Source: Octopus bimaculoides
Lineage: Eukaryota
Length of the DNA: 64,000 bases
Direction of reading: 5' to 3'
Assembly (NCBI RefSeq): GCF_001194135.2
Contig: NC_068993.1
Span: 3,980,894-4,044,893, forward strand
Part shown: positions 53,001 to 64,000 of the stretch, in pieces
How positions within the stretch are numbered: the stretch's first letter is position 1
Layout: each line of letters begins with the position of its first letter
Position numbers and translations under genes: made by a program
Notes under the pieces: generated by a model
Databases searched by the model: none
Seen by the model: only the letters and a program-made list of their open reading frames with translations
Told to the model about the DNA's origin: nothing

Positions 53001-53974
53001 GGTTCGTATATATTTGTGTGTGTCCGTTTCTGTGTGTGTACATGCGTGTGCAACCGAGTCTGTGTGTGAGAGTGTGCGCGCGCATGTGTGCATACACGCG
53101 CAGACACTCACAAAGATATATATATAGTACATGGTTGATATATTTTATTAAAGCTTACATCCGTTTGTAATCGAGGATTATATTTTCTTTGTGATTCCAT
53201 TTGAACTTACATTTGTTTTCTCGTGTGTATAACAACAATAGCATTTAAATTTGTTACTTTATGTTGTGTTTGAATTTCTCTTTGGTGTTAATGAAAGGTG
53301 ACGTATTAATTTACTCTGAAAACAGCTTAATTATTTCTTCATTAGATTGAATTAGAATATAATGAATTAAGGTTACATTGTTGTATTTCCTTAGTAATCA
53401 GTGTTAATAATATAATTTATTAGTTTATCGTCAGTCGCATAAAACGTGAAGGCTTTTGTTGCGATTATTTAGAAATGAAAAAGGCACGTTATATATATTT
53501 TTTCCTTTTTAATGTTTAACATACAATTGTCCTAGTGTTACAATAGAAAATCAAAATGTACAATACTTCAACTTATGGTTGAAAATTCAAAACAAATTTA
53601 ACTCATCAAAATGGCTCTCCAGTGTGCTATAAGTGAACGACGTAAGAGCAAATGTTTTGTTCCTCGCTATTGGAAGGTAATGAGTTTATTTACTCTGCGT
53701 ATACAGGAAAAAAATTAATGTCTGAAGATAATTTTACACCGTGGATAGAAGAAAAATGGCGATTAATTTAGAAAGGATATTTGAATTCTCATGCTATTCG
53801 ATCGACATTAAAAATATCAGTCTATAACATTATACTTGATCGATTTACTGCAATATTACAAACAACACAAGTTCGATTTAGAATGGTAAATCTAAGCATC
53901 TTTTTCGTTCTTGGAATGCTCATTGCGCAAACAATACAAAAACGAAGTAAAGCTAAGCGTGTTTCTGTGTAAAA

Positions 53975-54130
53975 TCGGAAATACGTTTGTACGTAGGATC
54001 ACTAAGGCATTCTACTATGAGACTACCTATACGAAACAACATTGCCTGGACTTGTGCCACGGCGGGTAACTCACTAGGTGCAATTCCATGGTCATTTGAG
54101 ACCGAAGGGAGTCTTTACCCTTTACCTTTC
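53975..54130 (+). mobile_element. probable retroposon 3' end with short tandem tail
   Basis: GC-richer block ending GACCGAAGGGAGTC(TTTACC)2; resembles an octopus repeat from memory, with no second copy in this window. Confidence 0.3.
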
Positions 54131-54271
54131 TTTATATTGTGCGCGCGTGTTTATTCATATGTGTGTCTGTTCATATATATANNNNNNNNNNNNNNNNNNN
54201 NNNNNNNNNNNNNNNNNNNNNNNNNNNNNNNNNNNNNNNNNNNNNNNNNNNNNNNNNNNNNNNNNNNNNNN

Positions 54272-54303
<32 letters not shown>

Positions 54304-55164
54304 AGGAGGTTTGCATTGAAAAACCTCGGATATAAATACACTGTGCATCTTTCAAGAACGATTTCCCCATTTAAATTCTTCTAACTTCCTTAACATTTTT
54401 CACATTATCCATCTTTCTGTCTGTCAATAATTCTTTTTAGAACCATTCTTGTAAATTACATTCTATTACTACCATTCAGTCATTAACCAATATCTACAGA
54501 TTAGCTCATTTAATTTCGAACAGAAAATTACATTGCTTTAATTTCAACAGGAGCATAAACTCGTCACGTCATTGCACTCCGATATTTTTAAATATATTTT
54601 TATCTCTCTTATTTCCTGTTAGTTAATATGATTTCGGTGGCTCTGGTGTATATTATCTGGTTATGTTTTCTATGACCCGACAATTAGTTGGTATTATAAA
54701 CATACAATATGGTCAAACTGCCAAAAAAAGATAACTAATGTTCTTTCGTATTGAAATGAAATAATTTCTACAGGGTTAGGTTGCCAAAAAGTCAAATCAT
54801 TTTAGTTTGCTGTTGAACATCAACATTGATCTTTAAACATATTAGAAATCTTGCTAACTACAAGAGCAGAGAACAAGATTGTGAGACGGCGAGAGAATAA
54901 TTACTTTGAGGGCAAAGTTAACACATCGTAATTAGGAATGTGATGATGATTAGACAGATAATAGATCAACATAATTAACCTGATGAGGAACCCGATATTA
55001 GGAAACGGATGTCTGCTTTGTCTAATAATATATCTTACATCATAATTAACTAAGATCGAATCCTCTAATATTATTATATTGCATTTGTTGAAGGACAACG
55101 GATATGAGGATCATTACTATACCGGAAGAAAAATCTTTACGGTATATTTTTTCGTGGTGTGCTT

Positions 55165-55303
55165 TTCACGATTTGAGTTCAAATCCAGGCATGTTAAACT
55201 TTGATCCCATTGGGGTCGACAACATTGATACGCATCAAGTACTTAGGTTGACGTAATCATCTAGCACTTAACGCTCAAACGAACGGAGTTCGTGCCTAAG
55301 TTA
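55165..55303 (+). mobile_element. SINE family B fragment (diverged)
   Basis: TGAGTTCAAATCC...GGGGTCGAC...GTACT..GGTTGACGTAATC...GTGCCTAAGTTAG. Confidence 0.6.
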
Positions 55304-55304
55304 G

Positions 55305-55416
55305 CTTCTTCTTCTTCTTCTTCTTCTTCTTCTTCTTCTTCTTCTTCTTCTTCTTCTTCTTCTTCTTCTTCTTCTTCTTCTTCTTCTTCTTCTTCTTCTT
55401 CTTCTTCTTCTTCTTC
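55305..55416. repeat. pure (CTT/GAA) ~37-unit triplet repeat
   Basis: 112 uninterrupted bases. Confidence 0.97.
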
Positions 55417-55853
55417 AACTTTCTTCCTTCCTCTTCTTCTCTTTCTTCCCCTACTAAATTTTCTTTACTTGCCCAAGTAAAGGTTAAGAAATGCAGCAAT
55501 ATAACGGATAGCCTGGGTGGTGTGGCAGTACATTTATATGTCTGCTTTAGCATTTGCTTTAACATCCCTTTCGGAATCGGTAGCATAAGCTCCAGTCGAG
55601 TACTTGCATTTCATGTGTAAATGTGTATATCAAAAGGATGTGTTATAACACTATTCCACATATTAAAAAAAACAGCCATACCAAAAATCCAACATACCTC
55701 CATCATCAGCTCCCCCACGGATATCATTGTGGTTTCGACACGTGGACAGTACCATTCAATCGGGTGGTGTCAACAGCACTAAAATAAGTGTTGTTTGGGA
55801 ACAAACATACCAAAGAAGCAGCCACAACTTTCAAAAACATTTACCCAATGAGC

Positions 55854-55926
<73 letters not shown>

Positions 55927-56595
55927 TAGGAATGCGTGAGTGTGATCGTTTATATAAACGCACACATGCACCACAAACGCATACATAATACACATATGCA
56001 TATATCGGGACCAACTTCGTGCAAGTGTGAAGGCACGCTGGCAAAACATTGCTCCTCTAAATGAAGGCTTTACATCATGCCATTGTAGTTTTGTGGCATG
56101 GAGCAAAGCAGGCCTTAGCATCCACTCAAGAAAACACATGGTAAATGTTCCACAAGCACTCGAACAAAATTAGTCCTCAATTCGTTCCATTTGACAAAAG
56201 TTTTGCGAGGCACTAGCAGGGCCACACAAGACACATGCTTGTTCATAAACAGGACTACCGCTTTATTCTACTGAAACGTCATTTGTCGTCCACAACGAGA
56301 GAAACTATGATATATATATATTCACACACGCATACATACATACATACATACATGAACATGAGTTCGAACTATGTGAAATAAGCGATAAGTATTCAAAAAG
56401 AAAAACGGCAGTTTAAACGAATGAGTTGGACGTACGCTTCGACTTGTTGGAAAGCCTTGCAACAGAACGTCTTGGTAGGCGAGAGCGAAGACTGAAATCG
56501 ATATAGTGTGTTGTCGACCGACTAAATGAAACATCAGTCCGGTTGTGTATTACTTATCTAACGTAATTATAACAAATACATATGTATTTGTAACT

Positions 56596-56639
<44 letters not shown>

Positions 56640-57427
56640 CATGCGCGCGCACATGTGACGCTAGTATGTGGATAGATAATTAGCTAAAGATCGAGCGGTT
56701 GCCATATAAGTTAGGCGCCATTTAAACTTATTTTTGAATGCTACAATAGAATGTTTTACATATGTGCGTGTGCATGTGTGTGTGTGTGCATGCGTGTGTG
56801 TATGTGTATGTATTCTTGCGGTATCTGTATGTATGTGTGTGTGTACGTGTGTGTGTATATATATATGCTAATATAGTTTCGTCTGGATTCTCTAATGTGG
56901 CAAACACAGGCAATTAGTATAAAATGCATGTTCCTATGTTAAAACATTTCCCATGAGATGAATTGAACCACTGACCTGGAGATAATGACTGGTGAATATT
57001 GATGAAGATTAAAATACGATGTTTTATTTAATAGTCCTGCAAAGCCTTTTAAAACAAAGTTTTGTTTTTTTTTTTCGTTATTTATAAAACTGCATTCCAA
57101 AGATGAATGTGAATAGTATTGCTCACATAATATTCATCAGGGAATTTCTGGCATAAATATCAAAGAGTTAAACACCAATTCCATAGAATTCAGCTTGATG
57201 GTGCTCTAAATAACAAACCTTTTGTTAAATGATGGTTATTACTACATGTTGGATGGACTCTAGGGAAAACATTGAAATGGAGCGAATGGGTGTGAAGCTA
57301 TAAAACGATAGTTTATTATGAATTTACAGTGACTTACATATGTAGTATGTAACAGAGGAAAGGAATTACGACACGTTTGTACATCCATACTTTTATTTAC
57401 ACACCCATTTATACGTATATTTTATAT

Positions 57428-57530
57428 GAATATATATCTATTTATCTATGAATATATATATAATATATGAATATATATATAATATATGACTATATATATA
57501 ATATATGAATATATATATAATATATGAATA
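57428..57530. repeat. AT-rich ~19-bp minisatellite (ATGAATATATATATAATAT) x~5
   Basis: Directly visible. Confidence 0.75.
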
Positions 57531-57606
57531 TATATATATATATATATTTATCTATCAATCTATTTATGCATATATTTGGAGAGAAATAGATACATAGCAA
57601 TATATA

Positions 57607-57910
57607 TTCTTTTATTTGTTTCAGTCATTTGACCACGGCCATGCTGGAGCACCGCCCTTAGTCGAACAAATCGAACTCAGGACTTAATTGGGTAAGCCTA
57701 GTACTTGTTCTATATGTCAGTTTTGCCGAACCGCTAAATTACGGGGACGTAAACACACCAACATCGGTTATCAGACAATGGTGGGGGGACAAACACATAC
57801 ACACAAACATATACATCCATATATATATATATATATATATAGAACAGCCTTCTTTCAGCTTCCGTCTACCAAATCCATTCAGGAGACTTAGGCCGGCCCG
57901 TGGCTACATA
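57607..57910 (-). mobile_element. SINE family A, 5'-truncated
   Basis: GGCCATGCTGGAGCACCGCC...TTTTGCCGAACCGCTAA...CTTCTTTCAGCTTCCGTCTACCAAATCCA; tRNA head missing. Confidence 0.9.
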
Positions 57911-57978
57911 GTAATTTACACCTATATTCTCCTCTTCAGCTCCCGACAGAAGGTCGTAAGTATTATCATATTAAATAA

Positions 57979-58198
57979 AGGTAGCAAGGTGGCCGAATCG
58001 CTAGCACGCCTTGAAAAAAAATGTTAGCGTCATTTCCTCCGTCTTTACGTCCTGTGTTCACATTCCGCTGAGGTCAATTTTGCCTTTCATTTTTCAGGGT
58101 CGATAAAATAAATAGCAGTTGAGTACTGGAGTCGATATAATCGATTTACCCTCCTCGCCGAACTTGCTGGCTGTTATGCCAAAACTTTAAACCAATAT
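57979..58198 (+). mobile_element. SINE family B, full length, diverged
   Basis: All family B blocks in order. Confidence 0.85.
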
Positions 58199-58471
58199 TA
58201 TCTGAAGTAAGCTATACTCTCTCTGCATTCCTCTCAAAGCGGATAAGACAGTTTGTTAGTTCGCCAGTCGAATTTTCTCCGTTTATTAGAGTCTGTAGTC
58301 ACATAATTTGAATGCCCACGACCCTCTCACACAGCTGTATAATATATATATATATATAATTATATTTATATTCATACAAGGTGTATATGCATACTTATGT
58401 GTGTATAAACATATATGTATATAATTAAGGGATAACGTACAGTATATATACAGATACACACGCGCACGCAT

Positions 58472-58530
<59 letters not shown>
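58472..58530. repeat. (GATA)n microsatellite
   Basis: Directly visible. Confidence 0.97.
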
Positions 58531-58531
<1 letters not shown>

Positions 58532-58995
58532 CAAGGTACATAGATACATAGATATGAAGATGATAGAATGAAGTATAATATGTGCGTACGCTTATACATG
58601 GCAAAAGTAGACACTTTCACTTTACTAATGAAAAAATCTACATTTACATTTTTAAGCTCAGACAGAAAAATAAGGAAATATGTTTATTTTTTACATTGTT
58701 TTGTATCTTTTTGATTGCTTTAGTTTATTTTTATATGTATCTTGAGACTTTGCAATTTTAAAACCTGGCACTGCTTTTTCAATATAAATATACCCCAGAA
58801 TTCTTTATGGTATTTCAATATTGTTTATTACATTTGCAAAACTATAAACGAAGATATGCACATATGTATATATACAATATATCTATATGTTGTTACGTAT
58901 TCAGATGCATATATATATATTGCATGTATGTGCATATAAATATATATGTATATATATCTATATATATGTGTGTGTGTGTGTGTGTGTGCGTACAA

Positions 58996-59043
<48 letters not shown>

Positions 59044-59440
59044 GTATCTATATCTATATACATACACACACATGTATATAACGTGTCGCCGTGGGTTTCG
59101 TCGACGAGTAATGGAGCTGCTTGTTCAAGCGAATTACCAAATGATTAAATTAATGTTAAAAAGGATTTCTACAAAATTAGTGTCACAATGTACTACTTGA
59201 GTCAGCATTTAAGTCCACACATTTGGTATTAATTCATTTTCAATCTAAAGAACTTCACTCAGGTAGCATGAAATACGTTGACCTCCGGAAAATTACACTT
59301 GCCTAAGACGCTGTTCGACTGACTCGGATAGATGGTGCCATAACTTTTATCCGGGTGCATAAGTATGCTTCTGTATGTCGGTTTATGTACGTTCGTTTAC
59401 TCTTTCAGCTACATTTTTCTTATTCATTCCTTTTATATAT

Positions 59441-59480
59441 TGTTGTTCTGATGATGGACTGACGTCCAAAACGTGATGAC
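59441..59480 (+). ncRNA. degenerate hammerhead motif (core G12 replaced by A)
   Basis: CTGATGA T GGAC-TGAC-GTCC AAA ACGT; stem I and the cleavage triplet are not intact. Confidence 0.35.
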
Positions 59481-60239
59481 GCTTTCCTTTCTTTTGAGGT
59501 GTTATACTAATACGTTTTGCTAAAACTTCCCCCTACTCTGTTGTTTATTTTCAGTCAACTGTTTTCATAATATCTATGTATGCTATACATACACACATTT
59601 ACATATACGTATATATGTATGTATACATCTACATAAAAGCGTGTGTGAGTATAATAAAACTCGTTTATCACTGGAACTCTATATTTTGTCATGTTAAATA
59701 AGACGTCACACGAATCTTAAGTTCCAGTCAATACGAATTTAAATAAATTTGAATTTACCGTTAGTACTCAGTCTCCTCTCCAGTAAATGTCCTGTTTTTA
59801 TACTTCACATTACTCTAAAATAACATTCGATCGGAGTTTACGTTTGTATATACATATTCTTATATATATATGTATATATGTATTTATGTGCTTATATACA
59901 CGCAAGTAGCATTTTTAATATTGAAAATGTCATACTTATTGACATATTCTTTTGTTTTCAATAATATATAACAAAATATATATTATTACTTTTGTAATAT
60001 AAATATAAATGTATTGTTACTAACGTTAGTTTTAACACATTCTTTTATTAGTATTGTTTTCTATCTTTATGTCTATTCTTTATCAATGTCACCAGCAGAC
60101 ACAGACACTGAACAATGACTTGTTGAGCCTCTCTGTTTGTTTGCCTCTTGGTAGTTTACATATCGTGTTATAGAAATATATTAAAAACGTAACTATTACG
60201 CCTAGGAAAATTGTTGTACACATACATGCGTATCTACGT

Positions 60240-60257
60240 ATACATACGCATACACAC

Positions 60258-60300
<43 letters not shown>

Positions 60301-60486
60301 CACACACATATATAAATATATATATATACATATATACATATACATATATATATGTCTGTATATATGTATATATATTCATATATACAATTCTATATATATA
60401 CACATACATATATCTATATATATATATGTATATATGCTTATATATATATATATATACATACATATATATAAATATATATATATTTT

Positions 60487-60564
<78 letters not shown>

Positions 60565-60640
60565 AATACATACACACACATACATATATATATATATTTC
60601 TATTTATACACACATAAGCCACTCATACAGACATAAATAA
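60240..60640. repeat. compound (TA)n/(CA)n low-complexity tract
   Basis: Directly visible. Confidence 0.95.
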
Positions 60641-61023
60641 AGATATATGTGTATTCAGATAAGAATATGTGCGCCTGTATACATGCATATATTGGTGCTA
60701 TAACTNNNNNNNNNNNNNNNNNNNNNNNNNNNNNNNNNNNNNNNNNNNNNNNNNNNNNNNNNNNNNNNNNNNNNNNNNNNNNNNNNNNNNNNNNNNNNNN
60801 NNNNNNNNNNNNNNNNNNNNNNNNNNNNNNNNNNNNNNNNNNNNNNNNNNNNNNNNNNNNNNNNNNNNNNNNNNNNNNNNNNNNNNNNNNNNNNNNNNNN
60901 NNNNNNNNNNNNNNNNNNNNNNNNNNNNNNNNNNNNNNNNNNNNNNNNNNNNNNNNNNNNNNNNNNNNNNNNNNNNNNNNNNNNNNNNNNNNNNNNNNNN
61001 NNNNNNNNNNNNNNNNNNNNNNN

Positions 61024-61055
<32 letters not shown>

Positions 61056-61273
61056 GAAATGACTACACTGCAATGTGTATTTAAATCTATATGGTCTAAT
61101 TAGAAAGATTTTATGATGAGAATTCTGCTTTCTATTTATTGTACTTTGTCAAGTATAGAAGCAGAGCCGTGTCGGAAGAAATGGTTGATGGCATTTATTC
61201 CGGCCGTCTTTGTTCTGAGTTCAACTTCCATCGTCGTATGACAACGAAAATTGAAATATTCATTATCTTTCAG

Positions 61274-61416
61274 CCTACTGTATGTACAAGAAAAGATCAT
61301 ACAATGTAATGGTACTGAAACCTTCAGCAATTTTCATAACATCTACATCGGATGCTGCTCGTCAGTGGCAAGTGATATTTATTCAACAGAAAAGAAATAC
61401 AATGACATGTTTATAC
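61274..61416 (+). CDS. candidate 143-nt exon
   Basis: attcattatctttcag acceptor, gtatgt donor (inside a GT-rich repeat, so weak); two frames open across it. Confidence 0.25.
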
Positions 61417-62343
61417 GTATGTGTGCGTGTGTGTTGATGTGTGTGCGTCAAAAGAGTAGAAATGATTGCTTCTTAGAAAGAGATTTTCGTTTTATTAAGA
61501 AGTGGAAAGGTGCAATAATTGCTTGTGTTCTGCTGATGGGAACTGTGCTGACAATATACGGACATTTGGTAAGCCATTACATCCTTTATGATTAAAAGGT
61601 GGTTTGACAAAAGCATAGGCAAAACATACAATGAAACAAATAAAGATTCCATGAAATTTCAGACTTCTCTCGTTGATGCAGTAAAATTTCAATGCCTCCG
61701 GTTTCATAGATAGATCAGCTTCAATTACACATGTTCAGTAATGTATCATGCTGCTGTATTAATGCAGAGCTCAATGGAACTGATTGGTTATTGATTTAAG
61801 CTTGAACACAATTGAGAAGACGGTTCTTGAGATTAATCTCTAATCCAATGTTATTATGAACACCTTTTCGCAGATTAACTGGATTTCAAGCACAAATCAT
61901 TGCAGAAACATGTCTCATATGCTGTAAGAGTTTGCCCAAATAAACACTTACATTCACACGAACGCACAGATACACACATACTCATACACACGCGCGCGCA
62001 CACACAGACTCACACATATGCAGATGAAAACATACATTCATACATACATATATACATAAGTGCAGACGTAAACACAGACGTTCGTTAACAAATAAATACA
62101 TAGACACAGATACAAACATACAGGCATATAAATATGCGCACACGCATAAGCACACCGACAAACGCATACACGCATGCACAGACACTCACAACATATACAT
62201 ACAGACATATGCATACATGCTTACATACAGACTAGCAAACGTTATTTTTCAGTCAATTTCTACAAATATTCGATATTGTATGAGGGAAACTGAAATGCAT
62301 GTCACTACGTGATTGCTTCACCTTCTAGAAATATCAATCGTAT

Positions 62344-62347
62344 TTAC

Positions 62348-62409
<62 letters not shown>

Positions 62410-62420
62410 GTCAGCCTGTC
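62344..62420. repeat. (TCTA)n microsatellite
   Basis: Directly visible. Confidence 0.95.
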
Positions 62421-62436
62421 TGTCTCNNNNNNNNNN

Positions 62437-62481
<45 letters not shown>

Positions 62482-62519
62482 TATATATATATACACATAT
62501 ATATATACAATGAATAAGG

Positions 62520-62585
62520 GCTGGTGAGTACTTTACTTATCGGTCACCGAGGTGATGAAACGCAAAGTTGACTTCGGTGCGATAC
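62520..62585 (-). mobile_element. SINE family B internal fragment
   Basis: GTACTTTACTTATCGGTCACCGAGGTGATGAAACGCAAAGTTGACTTCGG resembles 25752-25800. Confidence 0.55.
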
Positions 62586-62745
62586 TCTGAAAAAGGTAAA
62601 TAGCCGGAGGAATTTTATTCTGGGCGTCCTTCTGCGAATTATTCACCATCTTACTGAAAGAATGATTGTATAGAATATGCAATTTATGAACATGTATTGT
62701 AGTTCCTTTTGTTGATCTTAATGTTTAGCTCCGAATCATCCCTAA

Positions 62746-62946
62746 ATGAGAAGAATTATGTTCAAACATTTCCCTCCCGTTACCGTTATGTCTTTTACTT
62801 TGAAATATCCATTACCTGGGACTCTATTATTCACAATGCCTGTAGAGAGTTATTCAAAAGATCGGCTGAGCTGCCTAGAAAAGCAAACTATTGCATGTAT
62901 GCTCCGATGTACGCTTGTTTTAACCTTCGAAGCTAATGTTGTATAA
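62746..62946 (+). mobile_element. possible decayed hAT transposase C-terminal dimerisation region
   Basis: KHFPPVTVMSFTLKYPLPGTLLFTMPVESYSKDRLS...MLRC loosely follows FP.L..LALKYLSIPATSAPVERLFS...RL.....IRC; by eye only. Confidence 0.3.
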
Positions 62947-63234
62947 TATGCTTGCTGCGTAAGTAGTGAGATGATGATAAGAGATGATTGTATATATCAA
63001 ACCCTGTGACAGTTGACTCGAATACCTCTTGTGTAATTTGTGTGATGCGACTCAGGGGTTTATTTTGTTGAATATGTGTTGATTTACAGTAATAATTCGT
63101 GATTACGTAAAATGTGTTCTGTAAGTTGTGATGAAGTGATAAGAGATGAGAGCATAGAATAGGCGAGTATATAAGTTGTGTTGAGTGAGATGCGATATAT
63201 TAGTAGGTGTTGAGAGAGACTGAAAGACAGTCAG

Positions 63235-63240
63235 ACTGAT

Positions 63241-63271
<31 letters not shown>

Positions 63272-63340
63272 TAGATAGATGGATGGATAGATAAATGGAT
63301 AGATAAATAGAAAGATAAATAGATAGATAGAGAGATAAAT
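63235..63340. repeat. (GATA)n compound microsatellite
   Basis: Directly visible. Confidence 0.95.
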
Positions 63341-64000
63341 CGATGTGTATATATATAAAGTATATTTTCTTATATGTTATGTCTAGCTTGTCTAATTGGT
63401 TTAATTCCTTTATATACCTAATTAGTCTTTCTCTGCATTTGTAAGTATTTTCAAAAGAAATCTCCATATGTAATAACTACCTAACTATTGCAAAACTTTT
63501 CCTCCGTGTGAAAGTGTTAGGTTATACTTCATCTATATGAACTTCAGGAATGATTCATTTAAAAGACACGAGTAGTTTCCGCGTTTTTCCATCACTTTTC
63601 TTCACTTCATCTAACTTCCAATTCAAAAATCTGGCTTATTATTAAGATGTTGTATTTATATGTATTCTCTTACTTCTGGTATTGAGTTCAGTTTCTATTA
63701 CTCTACCTAATGCAATTCTCTTTTCTAATCTTCTCTTTCCTTTTAACATGTATCTTATCAGTTTCGTTTAATCCAAGTTACGTGTAAAGGTGATTCTCTT
63801 CTAACTCTTTGATTCAGTTACTAAATCTAACTTAATATTTTGTGTTTAAATCATTTATTTCACAGAAGCTGATTAATTAAAACTCAAAATATACTTGGAA
63901 CCAGTAACATAGCACCAGTATTTATGGTGAAATATCTTAATATCATTATTTTTAGATGTCCCAAAATCTTAATTTAGTTAAATATTCCCGTTGTCCACAT

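Overview
AT-rich, repeat-dense animal genomic DNA from a gapped draft assembly (12 N-gaps, most flanked by (TA)n). The tRNA-derived SINE families, LINE and DNA-transposon remnants and the dense di-, tri- and tetranucleotide microsatellites look like a coleoid cephalopod (octopus); this is recognition from memory, not a search. There are no prokaryotic features, CRISPR arrays, rRNA or intact tRNA genes. Most ORF-track entries are microsatellite or N-gap artefacts. Best-supported non-repeat signals: (i) a phase-consistent three-exon 3' end of an unidentified minus-strand gene at 40369-42291; (ii) a 157-codon Asn/Thr-rich minus-strand terminal exon candidate at 8916-9387; (iii) minimal type I hammerhead ribozyme motifs of the Penelope-like class at 26782-26827 (-, core intact) and 20872-20916 (+, partly decayed), plus a degenerate one near 59448; (iv) two R4/Dong-type LINE 3' ends stacked inside (TAA)n; (v) a near-perfect 24-bp-arm hairpin at 21828-21879. 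I cannot support a genuinely new biological system here; the hammerheads and the orphan gene are the items most worth following up.
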